DNA from: Trichoplax sp. H2 | Taxonomy: Eukaryota | Direction of reading: 5' to 3' | DNA length: 55,086 nt | Assembly (NCBI GenBank): GCA_003344405.1 | Contig: NOWV01000308.1 | Span: 1-55,086 of the forward strand | In this document: positions 27,928 to 40,300 of the stretch, one piece after another | Position numbering within the stretch: the first letter of the stretch is position 1 | How the letters are laid out: the number at the start of each line of letters is the position of its first letter | Notes under the pieces: generated by a model | What the model was told of the DNA's origin: nothing | What the model saw: only the letters and a program-made list of their open reading frames with translations | Database searches by the model: none | Program-made: the position numbers and the translations under genes

Positions 27928-30900
27928 ATGAGCCAAGCAAAAACTGCTAAAAAATCCATCGCAACCATGATGGCTAGCGTCAAAAATAAAGACAGAAAGC
28001 GAATGTTATATCATGAATTGAAACTACAGAAACAGAAGGAGAAAAAAGAAAGGAAAAAGAAGAGAATCAAGGAAGAGAAGGAGCAAGGAGATGATGTAAG
28101 TTAGCAGGCATAGTATGTCCGTAGGCAGATATGCCAATAGTTCAATCAAGGAGTCTATGCCACTTTTTAGTCTTGAACCTCGATGATGTCTTTGCAGTAT
28201 GGCAAGAGATGAACTAAGCTTGATCCTAACCCGAACTGTGATGCTCTCTATTCAAATTGGATAGTGAATAATTTATTGTAGAATTAATTAATTGGCAAGT
28301 TCTTAACAGCACAGGAGTAGACAAGATGAAAATCGTGCATCGATTCAGCTTTGAAGTACAACGTTGTACACATTATACATTAATCGATAGCGTAGAGACA
28401 GGCGTTTAATCCTTAACCTATAAAATGCTCAGTATTGAAACGCCCCTGCTTAGAGACAGAATAAAGTTAACTTTTGATCAACTTACAAACTAGACAAGAT
28501 TGAAGCAAAGACGGATTTTGTCGAGGGATTAGCATGAGCTTAGCCTTGATGTACGATCAACTAAGCCAACGAATAGTCAAGGTTAATACGCGTGCTATGC
28601 TATCTCTTAAAATAATCAATCCTTGCTTCAATAGCGTCTATTCCACAGGCTAAAAACTAAATATAATACAATTTATGACATGGACGTGTATTGCTGTATG
28701 GTAGTAGGGCAGTGTAGATATCTTGCAGAATAGACAAGATTCCAACAAAGACGGATTATATTTATGGATAATATGAGCTTAACCTAGATGCAGAACGAAG
28801 TTAGCATGAATAGATGTAGAGGACGTATGTACCAAGTTCAATCGTTAACTTGTAGAATGACAGTATTGAAATACGGAGCGATTATACCTGCAAATAACAT
28901 AATCTAGAACGCTCTAAGTTTAATCAATTTCCATTTCAATACGGTACTGTCTACCGACGGGTTTACCATACATCATGACAAAGATGGATGTGGAGGATAT
29001 AGAATCAGATTCAATTCTTAACTTATAGAATAAACGATATGACAAAGATAAATGTGGAGGATGTAGAATCAGATTCAATTCTTAACTTATAGAATAAACG
29101 ATATGAAAATACGGATCAGTTATACTTAAAAAATAGCATAATCTAATGGCACAAGTAGATTAATGTACGCAATATTGAGTGCTCAACCTGTCCATTACAT
29201 GGTATCCAAGTGTGGATTAATGGATTAATTATTCATACTTCGGGATAGTACAGTATTGGACTGAAACACATAAAAACTCTTTAAAAGAATCAGTTCACTT
29301 TGTAGCAATACTTGCTTTGACTACTGCTATACTGTAATAGTATAAAATGCATTAGTGTAAAAATGCGATATATCAGCTAGTACTGCATCTTGATTGTATT
29401 TTATTATAAATATGCCATCTATTAATTAAACGATCGGATTGATTTGAAAATAGGCTCCTGCGAAGAAGATACCAAGGACGATTGAAAATTCCAGAGTTCA
29501 TGACGTACCATTAGTTGATCCCAATGATGAAGAGGTTTGCACATAATGATAATTAATCGGTCATGATAGATACCGTCAATGGATATTGTTATACAGCACG
29601 TGTAGATCAGAAATATTACATCTTTTTTTATTATACTGTTCAGTGGCTATCGTGCAATAGCCATTTTGATTTCACAATTATGCATGGATTCAATTTACTG
29701 TACTCAGGAAGAAATTTCAGTCTCGCCTGATTTTTTATACAGTTCAGCGGAATCAATCTGAAACGGATAGTACTTTAAAATAGGCACATTATTAATATAT
29801 TACTAACGCGTAAAATTTGATAGTGATTGTGTAAAAAGATTTCCTTCTATTGCATTAACTTTCACTTTTTTCAATGGACAGGTGATTGCAGATGAAAAAA
29901 ATGATAAATTTCAGACATATTTTAATCGCATTCGAGAGCCAAAAGTTTTAATAACCACCAGTCTCGATGCAACACTTGTAAGTTAGCCGTATACCTTAAG
30001 GACTAATTTATTATATATGACTATGCTGCTTTATGATCTTGAAGTAGTGATGCAACATCGATTACTACCCGTATTTCATCTCCTTTACTTTTGATGCTTA
30101 AAAACATATATCGCTATAGCATCTGATAACCATGTCAGTAAATATTCATTTTGTTAGGCATCAATCAGGTTTATCGAAGACTGGATGACATCCATTCCAA
30201 ATGCAGAACGTCGAGATCGTAAAAAGCTCGATCTAAAATCGGTTGTGTCGCAAGCTATGGAACACGATGTTACTGATGTTATCATTGTCAATGAAGACCG
30301 CAAAAAACCAAGTAAAGTCAAATACTAATATGAACCATCATATTCTAACGAATCTTACTCCTTTTATATTCTTAACATTAATTGGGATATTTATTTTATG
30401 TTGATTGTACTGCTTGATTGCTAATATTGACGCCCTTGGAAGATCGTGTAACTATTACCCACTTGCCAGACGGACCTACAGCCTGCTTTAGACTTTCCAA
30501 CTATAAACCTTCAGCAAAGATAAAAGTAATCGTAGAAAGTATATCGACATGTATGATGTAATTTAGCCCTCTAATCATTAATACGACTATATAACTTTCT
30601 GAATAGGGTCACGGCAGCGCAACCAGTCATAAACCAGAAGTTATCTTGAATAATTTTACTACGCGATTAGGCCATAGCGTGGCTAGAATGTTGGCATCTT
30701 TATTTCCTTTTGACCCTCAATTTAAGGGTCGAAATTGTGTAACATTCCATAATCAACGCGATTTCATATTTTTTAGATTTCATCGGTTAGAACAGATAAT
30801 CAATTGATATTCGCTTTTATGATACTGTAGATTTATCAAGATTGTTTGTACTGATGTAAAAATTGAATATCTTTTTGTTGTTGATCTTCTCTTACTCAAG

Positions 30901-31174
30901 ATATCTCTTCAAGAATAAGCAAAAGGTTTCATTACAGGAACTAGGTCCAAGATTTACTCTGAAGTTGCTGTGGCTAAAGGATAATGTATTAGATTGCGAA
31001 TTACCTGAATATGAATGGATGCATAAGGTATACAGAAATCATAATGCACTAAAATTGAAATCTTTATTTTATGATATAGTGAAGGTATGATTGTTTGCTA
31101 TGCATTAATCTCTTTCAATACTATATTTCCAGCAACGCGAAATGACCAAAAACCGAAGAAAATTTCAATTATAA
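27928..31174 (+). CDS. RPF1: Ribosome production factor 1 (Brix/Imp4 family), 8 exons, ~309 aa
   Basis: Exons 27928-28095, 29454-29534, 29882-29977, 30158-30311, 30443-30525, 30607-30785, 30901-31027 and 31133-31174 join in frame (930 nt). Motifs: [64 protein letters not shown] and RRKFQL-like C-terminus. An upstream in-frame ATG exists at 27817. Confidence 0.95.
28310..29150. repeat. Degenerate repeats in RPF1 intron 1, including a near-perfect 64 bp tandem duplication
   Basis: TAGACAAGAT recurs at about 28318, 28491 and 28731. 28975-29038 is repeated at 29039-29102. Confidence 0.75.
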
Positions 31175-32000
31175 TGAATATTGCTAAAAATATTACCGAT
31201 GATGTGTATATTTTGTGTTGATCATAATTGTTTTAAAATGATTTTTAAAAATCGCTCGAAATTAAGTTACTGTACAGTAATCTCTTAATTCTGAAAGCAA
31301 GATTATGATGGCTTAGCTTATCGACATGGAGTTTAGTTAGCAGTAATTTTAAGGTCGATTAATGGTAACAAAGAGTTACAATACTAAAGATATCAATTAC
31401 TGTATCGATCTGTGCTATGGAGGTTTTTATACCACGTGTATAGGTAACTATACATGTACAGTATGTAGCGTTTTTGTCGATAGGTTATGTTGAAGCATTT
31501 TATGTAATTTAACATTAGTGTATGCCTTTGGACTTTTATTCCTATATAGTTTATATAATTGCAACCAGCAAAAGCGTATTATTAAATAAACTCAATGAAG
31601 GAAATTGTAATGAACTACGGCGTCTTTAGTTATCATTTTATTTACGGAAGGTTATGCTAGATTATGGGGTTGGCAGATGGAGAATATTTACTTAAACAGT
31701 AATAATATAACGCATACAGCAATGAATAGTGTAAACCTACAATGTCGGTAGTAGGGTTTGTTGCAATAAAAACATCGCTATAATGAAATTGTTTGGAAAC
31801 GAAAAAACAAGGATAATATAATGACTAGTAAATTATTTAATTTTTTCCTTTTATTAAGCATGACAAACTGTTGTGGGAATTATTCTAGAGGAAAATTAAT
31901 ACTTTCAAAAAATACCATATCCTATCTTGAAATTATGCATCATTGCATATCTAGATGATATAAATCATATTATATTTCCACTACAATTTGATAGAATTGT

Positions 32001-34100
32001 TCAAAAAGGTTCATGAAACGGAAAGTACGGGTTTTCAGCATCGCGTACGACAGACTCACCGTTGACCTATAGGTTAAATTCATAAGAAAAAATAAAGTTA
32101 TTTTCCAACTTCATTTCATAGTATATAGCTTTGATCATAAATTGAACGTTTCCGATCCTCTCATATCTTACCATACTATACTATGCTTAATTGCGATGAA
32201 ACAGATACAAATTGACTTACAGTTATTTTTGGTTCGCAATAGCGAAATTTGGTAGGTATTTTCATTAATCGGTCCATGTCATCACTGGTTAATTGAAAAT
32301 CAGTCACCTAAAAATAAAAGTTATACAACCTGTAAATTTATGAAATTGTCGAATAGGGTAATATGCACTATACTGTATAGCTTGTATGATAACATTGATC
32401 CTGTATTATAGACAGTAGGTTGACACTGTTTTCAATGCCTAATCTATTATCATCCCTTATCATATTTATGCAACATCGAAAGTTACAAGGTGACCGAAGA
32501 TCATTACATTATTATCTAAGAACATTATTATTAAATATATTTTACTTCTACTTTCTGCAATGTAGGCCAAGGTTACAAATATCCTGTAGATAATACGATG
32601 TGATACGCTCGACGAGTTATAAACCTGGATACCGTATAAAATTTGCTATCAACGATGTAATGAGCTGAGAGTGAGGCAAGTTGGTAGAGAGCCCTACGTT
32701 TGTAATGTAGGGTATCCTGAAAACTGTATACGAGTAGAGTAACGTATATTACTTAGTAACTCATAAAACTAGATGCTGTATAAATTTGATAATTGATGGT
32801 ATAATGAGTAAAGAGTAAGGTAAGTAGTAGATAGCTCTATTGTTTGTAACGTAGGTTTAGCAGCATCTTAAAGATTATACACGAGTTGAGTAACGTATAT
32901 CACTTAGTAACTCATAACTTTAGATGCTATTTAAGCATGATAATTGATAAAGGTTAGCGCTACTGTACTTTGCTTTGCTTCGTCACTTATCACCTAATGT
33001 TATTATCAAGTCTGCATAATGCAGCATCGAAATCGTATACGCGTTGCCAACATGTACATCTATCACATAGTTATCATTTACAGGATATTATTAACCTTAC
33101 CATAAGGACAATTGTCAATTAACCTGAATTACAAAACCTTAGAGCCTTTTATCAATTTCTTTGCTTCTCATGTGCATCATTTACTGTAAATTCTGTAACT
33201 TAGCTCATACAAAAAGCAATTAAACACTAAACGTGCATCAAGAATTCATGTATAGCTCAATTCTACCTGTAGATTTTGCTTGATACGAGATTCATTAACA
33301 CTTTTAGGGATGATAGCAACATTACGCTCAACATGAAATCGGAGAAGAATCTGTGCCACCGATTTGTTATGCTTTTGTGCAATCTCATGGACAACAGTAT
33401 CTTTTAATAATTCTGGCTCATCACTTTTAGCCCATGGACGATCTTTCGATCCTAACGGACTGTAAGCAGTGACAGCCATGCCTTTACTTTGAGCATATGA
33501 AATTAATTCCTTTTGATTGAGGTAAGGATGGGATTCAATTTGGAGAACAGCAGGCTTAATCCTGCAATGTTGAAAAACTCGTTCAATCTGTTTACTATTG
33601 AAATTGGATAATCCAATTGCTTTAACAAGACCTTGATCCACCAGTTTCTCCATAGCCTTCCATGTATCGAGATAATCGACATCGGCATAGATTATTTTGC
33701 CTTCAGCTGTTTTAGGAAAGTTAACTCCTTCTTTTGTGTTAGCGAATGCGATTGGCCAGTGTATCAAATAGAGGTCTAAGTAATCAATTTGTAGCTCTTT
33801 TAGTGTTTTCTTAATAGCAATAGCCACATCGTTAGGATGGTGCATGGTATTCCATAATTTGGATGTTATAAATAAATCTTGACGTTGAATACGACCTTGA
33901 GCAAAGATATCCTTGAGTGCACAGCCAATTTCTTTCTCATTTTGGTAGGCTGCAGCACAATCAATGTGTCTACAGCCATTATTAATGACTATATTTAAGA
34001 CAGGACCCACTACACCCGGAGAAGCTTTCCATGTACCGAAGCCGATGAGAGGGAAATTAGCACCAGTATAAAGTTGTACGCAATGATTGCTACCAGCCAT
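32001..34100 (-). CDS. Aldo-keto reductase, AKR1A1-like aldehyde reductase, 3 exons, 328 aa
   Basis: Exons 34100-33267, 32307-32221 and 32066-32001. GFGTWK; catalytic tetrad in IDCAAAY, TSKLW and LIHWP; IGLSNFN, AYSPLGS and IPKS; AKR1A-like C-terminal loop VNGESVVRDAENPYFPFHEPF. Confidence 0.95.
32720..32950. repeat. Two-copy direct repeat (~150 bp period) in an AKR intron
   Basis: ACGAGT.GAGTAACGTATAT.ACTTAGTAACTCATAA...TAGATGCT occurs at about 32730 and 32881. Confidence 0.75.
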
Positions 34101-34501
34101 CTTGTCTCCACGAAATAGAAAGACACATCGTCGATTCGCACCGACTGAGACGGCGTTACTATAGCTACTAGATTGCTGTCTGAGTATGCGTGGCGATTAC
34201 GCCATGTTCGCTCATCAGACTAATCATTACTCTCTATGCCTTCATTTTAATCAAATTTACTGCAGTTATACCAGCCTCGACGGCCTGAATGGGTACTAAT
34301 ACTGTCCTACTGTATACGAGTCTACGGTATCAGCCACGGGCGAAACAAAGCTTCACTATAGCCTTTGCTCCCTACCTAGAGTCCTCATATAGCATGACGA
34401 CCATTCTGGACATGGCAACCAGCTAGCTGCAACTTGAGCTATCGCTCCTTTCTCCCTGATATTCATCATCATAGCTAGACTGGATACTCTATTAATGCAA
34501 T

Positions 34502-36161
34502 ATGGAATATCTACATCTACCTGGAGGCCAACGTTTTCCTCTTGTCGGTTTAGGAACATGGAAGATGAAAAAGAATTCTGCTTATAATGCTGTTGTGTAT
34601 GCATTGCAACAAGGTTATCGACATATTGATTGTGCACCATCTTACTGTAATGATCAGCATGTTGGCAAAGCTTTACAACAAGCATTTTCCAATCAAGACA
34701 TAGAAAGGCAAGATATCTTTATTACCTCTAAATTGTGGAATACTGATCATGATCCATGTCATGTTCGACCCGCTCTATTAAAATCATTGCAACAAATGCA
34801 ATTGGATTATTTAGATTTATATTTAATGCATTGGCCTACAGGTTTTGCCAAAACAGACAATGAATATGCTTTTATACCTCGTAATCCTGATGGTAGTGTC
34901 CAGTATTCATCAGTCCATTTTATCGATACTTGGAAAGCAATGGAATCATTAGTCGATGAAGGATTAACTAAATATATCGGATTATCTAACTTTAATATTC
35001 AACAAATTGATCAAGTGTTAGAGATATGTAGAATTCGACCTGCTGCTTTACAAGTTGAATGCCATCCATATTTAAATCAACAATTATTACATGAATATTG
35101 CAAGAGTCAGAATATCTTATTAACAGCTTATAGTCCATTAGGATCCGCAGATCGCCCTTGGAAATACCCTAATCAACCTATATTACTGAATGACCCTATC
35201 GTTCAAGATATCAGCCAAAAATTAGGTAAAACACCTGCACAAGTACTTTTACGCTTTCAAATACAACGTGGCATTTCGGTTATACCAAAGAGTTGTAAAC
35301 CTAAACATCTACGGAGCAATTTTCAGGTATAATTATGATCCAAGGAAATATCGTAAATGTACACGTGCAGAATAAATGCTATTTTTGTAGGATCTGCCAA
35401 TGAAATTGATACATTTAAAGTATTTCATCAAATTTTGTACATTACACGACGGTAGCTTATCTAAGATGTATAGTTAGTATATATATATTTCTTATAAAAA
35501 GTTGGGGGTGCTACAATCATGTAGCTATTCGTGGATCTATTTCGATGACTACTGTCATGAAAAGATTAGCATAGTAAAATTTCAATTCTATTAAATAATA
35601 ATATATCTACCTTTCAATCAGAGTAATGATGGAATATAATGGTATTTATCAAGCAATGGTGACTAATCATATTTACTCATCCGTGATTACCTTTTCTTTC
35701 AGATCTTTGATTTTGAATTATCATCTGAAAATATGCAAGCACTAATGAACTTAGACAACAATGTGCGTTATTGCCTACCAATGGTTAAGGTAAATTTTAT
35801 ATACTTTACTTTTACTTTCTCAGCTCGCGCTATCGTTAATATTGTCGACAAATGTATAATAAATAGTTGATGAAATCTATGCGACCATGAAAGTAATATC
35901 ATTTACGTTTAACTCTTAAGTTTGGAGCTAGTTACCTACTAACTAATTTAAAAGGTTTAACTATGCAAAATATCTTATTAGCTAACCTAGAGTATTTAGC
36001 TATCATATTAGACAATGGAATTCAAATTGGACAAATCAAGACATTACTATCAACAATATTTAATAATTATTAAATCTGATTTTTCTTTTGAATGCTAGAA
36101 CGATGGAAAGTTAATACCTCGGGCATATGATCATCCATTTTATCCATTTAAAGATACATAA
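34502..36161 (+). CDS. Aldo-keto reductase, AKR1A1-like paralog, 3 exons, 324 aa
   Basis: Exons 34502-35326, 35703-35789 and 36099-36161. Tetrad intact (IDCAPSY, TSKLW, LMHWP); C-terminus NDGKLIPRAYDHPFYPFKDT. Confidence 0.95.
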
Positions 36162-37333
36162 ATGTAGATGTCACTTTATTTAATAGTATCTATTCTAATT
36201 TTAAAATAAAATCTATAGTTGGTTCATGGAATTGGTTCTAATCCTGCTAAGAGCACTACATATCGGTAGTTAAAGGGTATTTACGATTATTATATGACAG
36301 AGAGAAAGATATTTTTCTTGTACGAACAATTCTTAAATTAATCTCAGCTATTACTATAGAAGCGTAAGCCTATCTTACTTTAAGCAGAAATGTTGCTTCT
36401 TAAGATATATGCATACGCTTGCAGAGTAAAAACTCGCCATATATCAAATTATTAATTAATTCTTATGAAATGTTATGAGTATCTTTCACTTTATTATTTC
36501 TTGCTATATCGGCTAAATTACGATAGTCCTTTTTACTTTTATGCTATAAAATGATCACTATATACAGTACGATCATGATTCCGTAGTTACAATTGTCCAA
36601 AAGCTTTCTAGTTTTATTAACAATTTCGATATGGGAAGGTGTACGCAGTTCTTTGGATATCAGTAGCATTTTAATTTCGCCATACACACTACAATTATTA
36701 AATGCAATAAATGAATGTAAAAATATCTACCAACTTGGTTGTAAAATTGTTCGAATAAAACAATACAAGGGTAGAATTTGTTTAAACAGGAGTCATCAAG
36801 TTTTTATCTGAAGCTTAAATAAAATATCCATAACTTTGTAACGTCTCAGTTCGACTGGATTAGCATACACATATCTGTTATTTCATAGCTACAATTTCAT
36901 TTGCTAATATAAAAACTGAAGCCTAATGGCACGGTTTATAAGAATGAAATCTAAACTAGTTGTAGCTTAAAAATTTTTCATTTTAAGAAATAACTGTAAA
37001 TCAATTTTATTTCTTAAAACTTTATTATAAAATAGTAATATTCGATTCATCCTTGAGATATTATATCATGTACGAATTTTCAAATGCCTAACATTCCTAG
37101 TAAAATCTAAAACATATCGTATCTTATTTTCATTTTCAATCCTGATACATATTTCCAAAACTGTACATTAATCAAAATAAATTTAAATTTGTAACAATGA
37201 TACAAAGCTAAGTAAATCAATATCACTTCAATGCGAGTGTACAGCTTAAATTACGAATATCAAAACAATATCATGTTAATTTGATATAAAGTGTCGTTAT
37301 ACATCTCTGTATGCAAATGTTTCGTAGGTTTTA

Positions 37334-40300
37334 TTAGGTCCTTTTTTCAGCTCGTCTAAAAATTATATTGGTGATTTAATTAGTACCAACAATGAATCAA
37401 CTTACAGCAATCAAATATAGGTATACGAAAATGATAGCAATTTAATCAACGTCGTATCTTACCGCTGCAATTTCGCGGTAGATTTAGCTAATAAGGGCTT
37501 TAAGCGCTGCTTAAATTCTTTAAGACTTCGTTCCATTTCCTTTTGATAATCACTTTGTTCAGGTGTTATTAATGTTTTATTCTTTTGCACGCATTCTTCA
37601 CACCTACGTGTCGTAAAAAATAAATATAACGTTTCTTAACCGATACTAAGTACTGTACTATTTACAACTAAACTTAAGTCAAATGAAAAACAAAATCGTA
37701 ACATACAAATACGCTAAAGTTTAAGACTCAATAGTATATCGCACCTTTTTGTAAATTCTTTAAAACTCAGCTGCAATTTAGTAACACAACTAATATCCCA
37801 TTGCACTTGTTTACCACCCAAGAATACTGTGGCAATTTCTAAAGGACCCTGGTAGTGTTTTTTGATATTAATACATAATTATAAATGAAAATACTCTCAA
37901 GACAATATAAGCGATAGATTCACCAGCTAGTAAAGGTGCAATGGTACCTGATGTACTGTTGTACCAATAGAACCCTGAATTAACATCTGTAATAATTTTG
38001 GACTTAACGGATTTTGATATAAAGCTGCAGTCAATTCACGTGTTTTTCTTTGCATATCTTGAATTGCTACTTCGATTGGGGTGATGACAGTCTTTAATAG
38101 TAAAAGGGTAACATGAAACAATCGAGCACGATTGTTATATCATTACGTGTATTCCAGTTAGACAATTATAATGGCTTTGTTGATTATTGATATAGCTATT
38201 AATAAGTCTACTTACTTCTTCTCTATCAACAACACTAATTCGTGACTTTAGATACGGAAATGCATGGCTAGTTATTAACATAACTCGACGTTTGTATTGA
38301 TGTTGAAGATCACCGTGCGCTTTACCAGATTGCGTAAAGGGAATTGCAAACATGAATCGTCCTGCCGAATTAATTAAAATAAAATACGCTTGAAGTATAG
38401 AATAAGGAATGGTTTCATCCGCTTTACCAGTAACTCTAATAACTCACGTAAATTGTAATTCTTCTGAAAATGTGAACGTCTGCTTTTTAATTCAAATTCT
38501 TCGAAATATGGTTCTACAAAGGTCACTTGAATATACCCCTAATGATGGGCAAATGAAAATATTAAGCAAAATTATGCTTCAATCAAGATACATGCTGATA
38601 GTGTACGCTATACAACTATTCGGTAAGTATTAGCATTTGTATATTCACTTTCTCCGGATTTAACTTCTCTCTATCAACGGTATTGGAGTCACCAACAATT
38701 TCAACAATATCACCACTACCTAACTTTTCATTATAAAGGCTCTAAAAGAATACATGAAAAAAGAATAACAACAGTCGTTATAAATTATTCAATAATTTTG
38801 ATCATTTACCATTTGTGGTTTACGTTTAAATTAATTACTACCTGAACTCGTAATGAAACTTCGGATAATCTAGTAAACGGTGGTTCTTTATATATATATT
38901 CTCTGCCATCTAGATCACCAAAACAAGATCCATAGAATCCAACCCTGAAGAATGCATTCGCTATCCTTTTCTCGGCAACCTGACCAGCTTGTGAATAACT
39001 TTCATGAAGATGGCCATAGATCTCCGTTAGCCGATCATAATCCTGATGAGCTTTAAAGATTGGAACTAGTAGTTTATAGACATCGTCTAAACACTCATGC
39101 AGATGAGCCTATTAAAAGATTATTGAAATACAAATTTGAAAAAGGTAGCCAACAATGTATAACCGGCAAAAACAATTGATAGCATAAGCATAAATATGAA
39201 ATATGAAACAGATACTGTACTTTTTGAAATAATTTTGCTGCATTAAGTAGCATATTCACAACTCCTTGTTCGCTAAAGTGTTTACCAGATGTATCACCGC
39301 CACCATCCTATATTAACAATATAAATAATAAATAAATAACCCTGGCTGCAGGTCATTAACACTTTGCCGTGGTAAAATATTGTATACTATTTGCCTATAA
39401 ATGTGCCAGTAAACTTTTACTTACTTGATAACGTAAAACAGCATCATCCAGGATCGCACTTTCTTCAAGAACATTAGAAGAAATAGACTAGAAAAAAATA
39501 TATATTTTCTGTAGCTAAATATATTCCAATACAAAAACTTGCATTCACATTTAAAATAGAATTACCTCGAAAGAAGCACAGCAACTGGGTAACCATGGTA
39601 AATCCTCTACGTCGTGTATATACTCACAAACCAATGCTGCAGAATGAACATGGCACTGAGCAGCTTCAGCAAAATTGTTCAACTATAAAAAATATTCTCG
39701 AAATAAGATTTATTGCAGTATCTTACATTAATCAGTTTCAGTATACTACCTCCTCATTTTTTTGTGCCATATATTGCAACCACGCTAATCGTAAATCTGG
39801 AGAGTTTCGATATCTACAGAAGATGCGAAATATTACCGAAAAATCGGATTTTAGAAATAGGGCTAAAAGCATAGATATAAAGAAAATATTTCGGTATCTT
39901 AAAAGGTTATGCTAACTTTTTCTACCAATATAAATTGGTAGTTAATATACCCACCCCTTAGCGATTCTATACATTAAATCTAATAGCATTTGTGGATCCT
40001 TGGTGTTAAAAAAATAAGACATCATTACGCAATAATAATATGCTGTTAACAATGATAAATACTTAAAGGGCATATATTTTCCATTTACATTTCTAGCAAG
40101 TTCATAACAAACCTCTTCATATACTTTCATGTTTATAGTATCGGAAAGAATTGTATGTAAATTGTATACCAGCTCGTGAATCTGTTTTTAATGGAAAGAA
40201 TATTCAAGTCAGCGGAGACGCACACAAATAATGACTACTGAGAAGCTTAAAACCTGTTCGTAAAATGTTGTATCTTGTAGTTCCTTCCCATAATCGGCAT

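Noticed and set aside
30312..30442. U12-like branch sequence TTCTTAAC in RPF1 intron 4
   Set aside because: The donor is GTAAAG rather than RTATCCT, and the motif is about 65 nt from the acceptor.
34356..34685. 109-aa ORF antisense to the AKR gene and other short ORF-track entries (e.g. 8455, 10322, 14721, 24689, 39595, 54305)
   Set aside because: These are shadow frames, exon-plus-intron read-throughs or low-complexity DNA with no protein signal.
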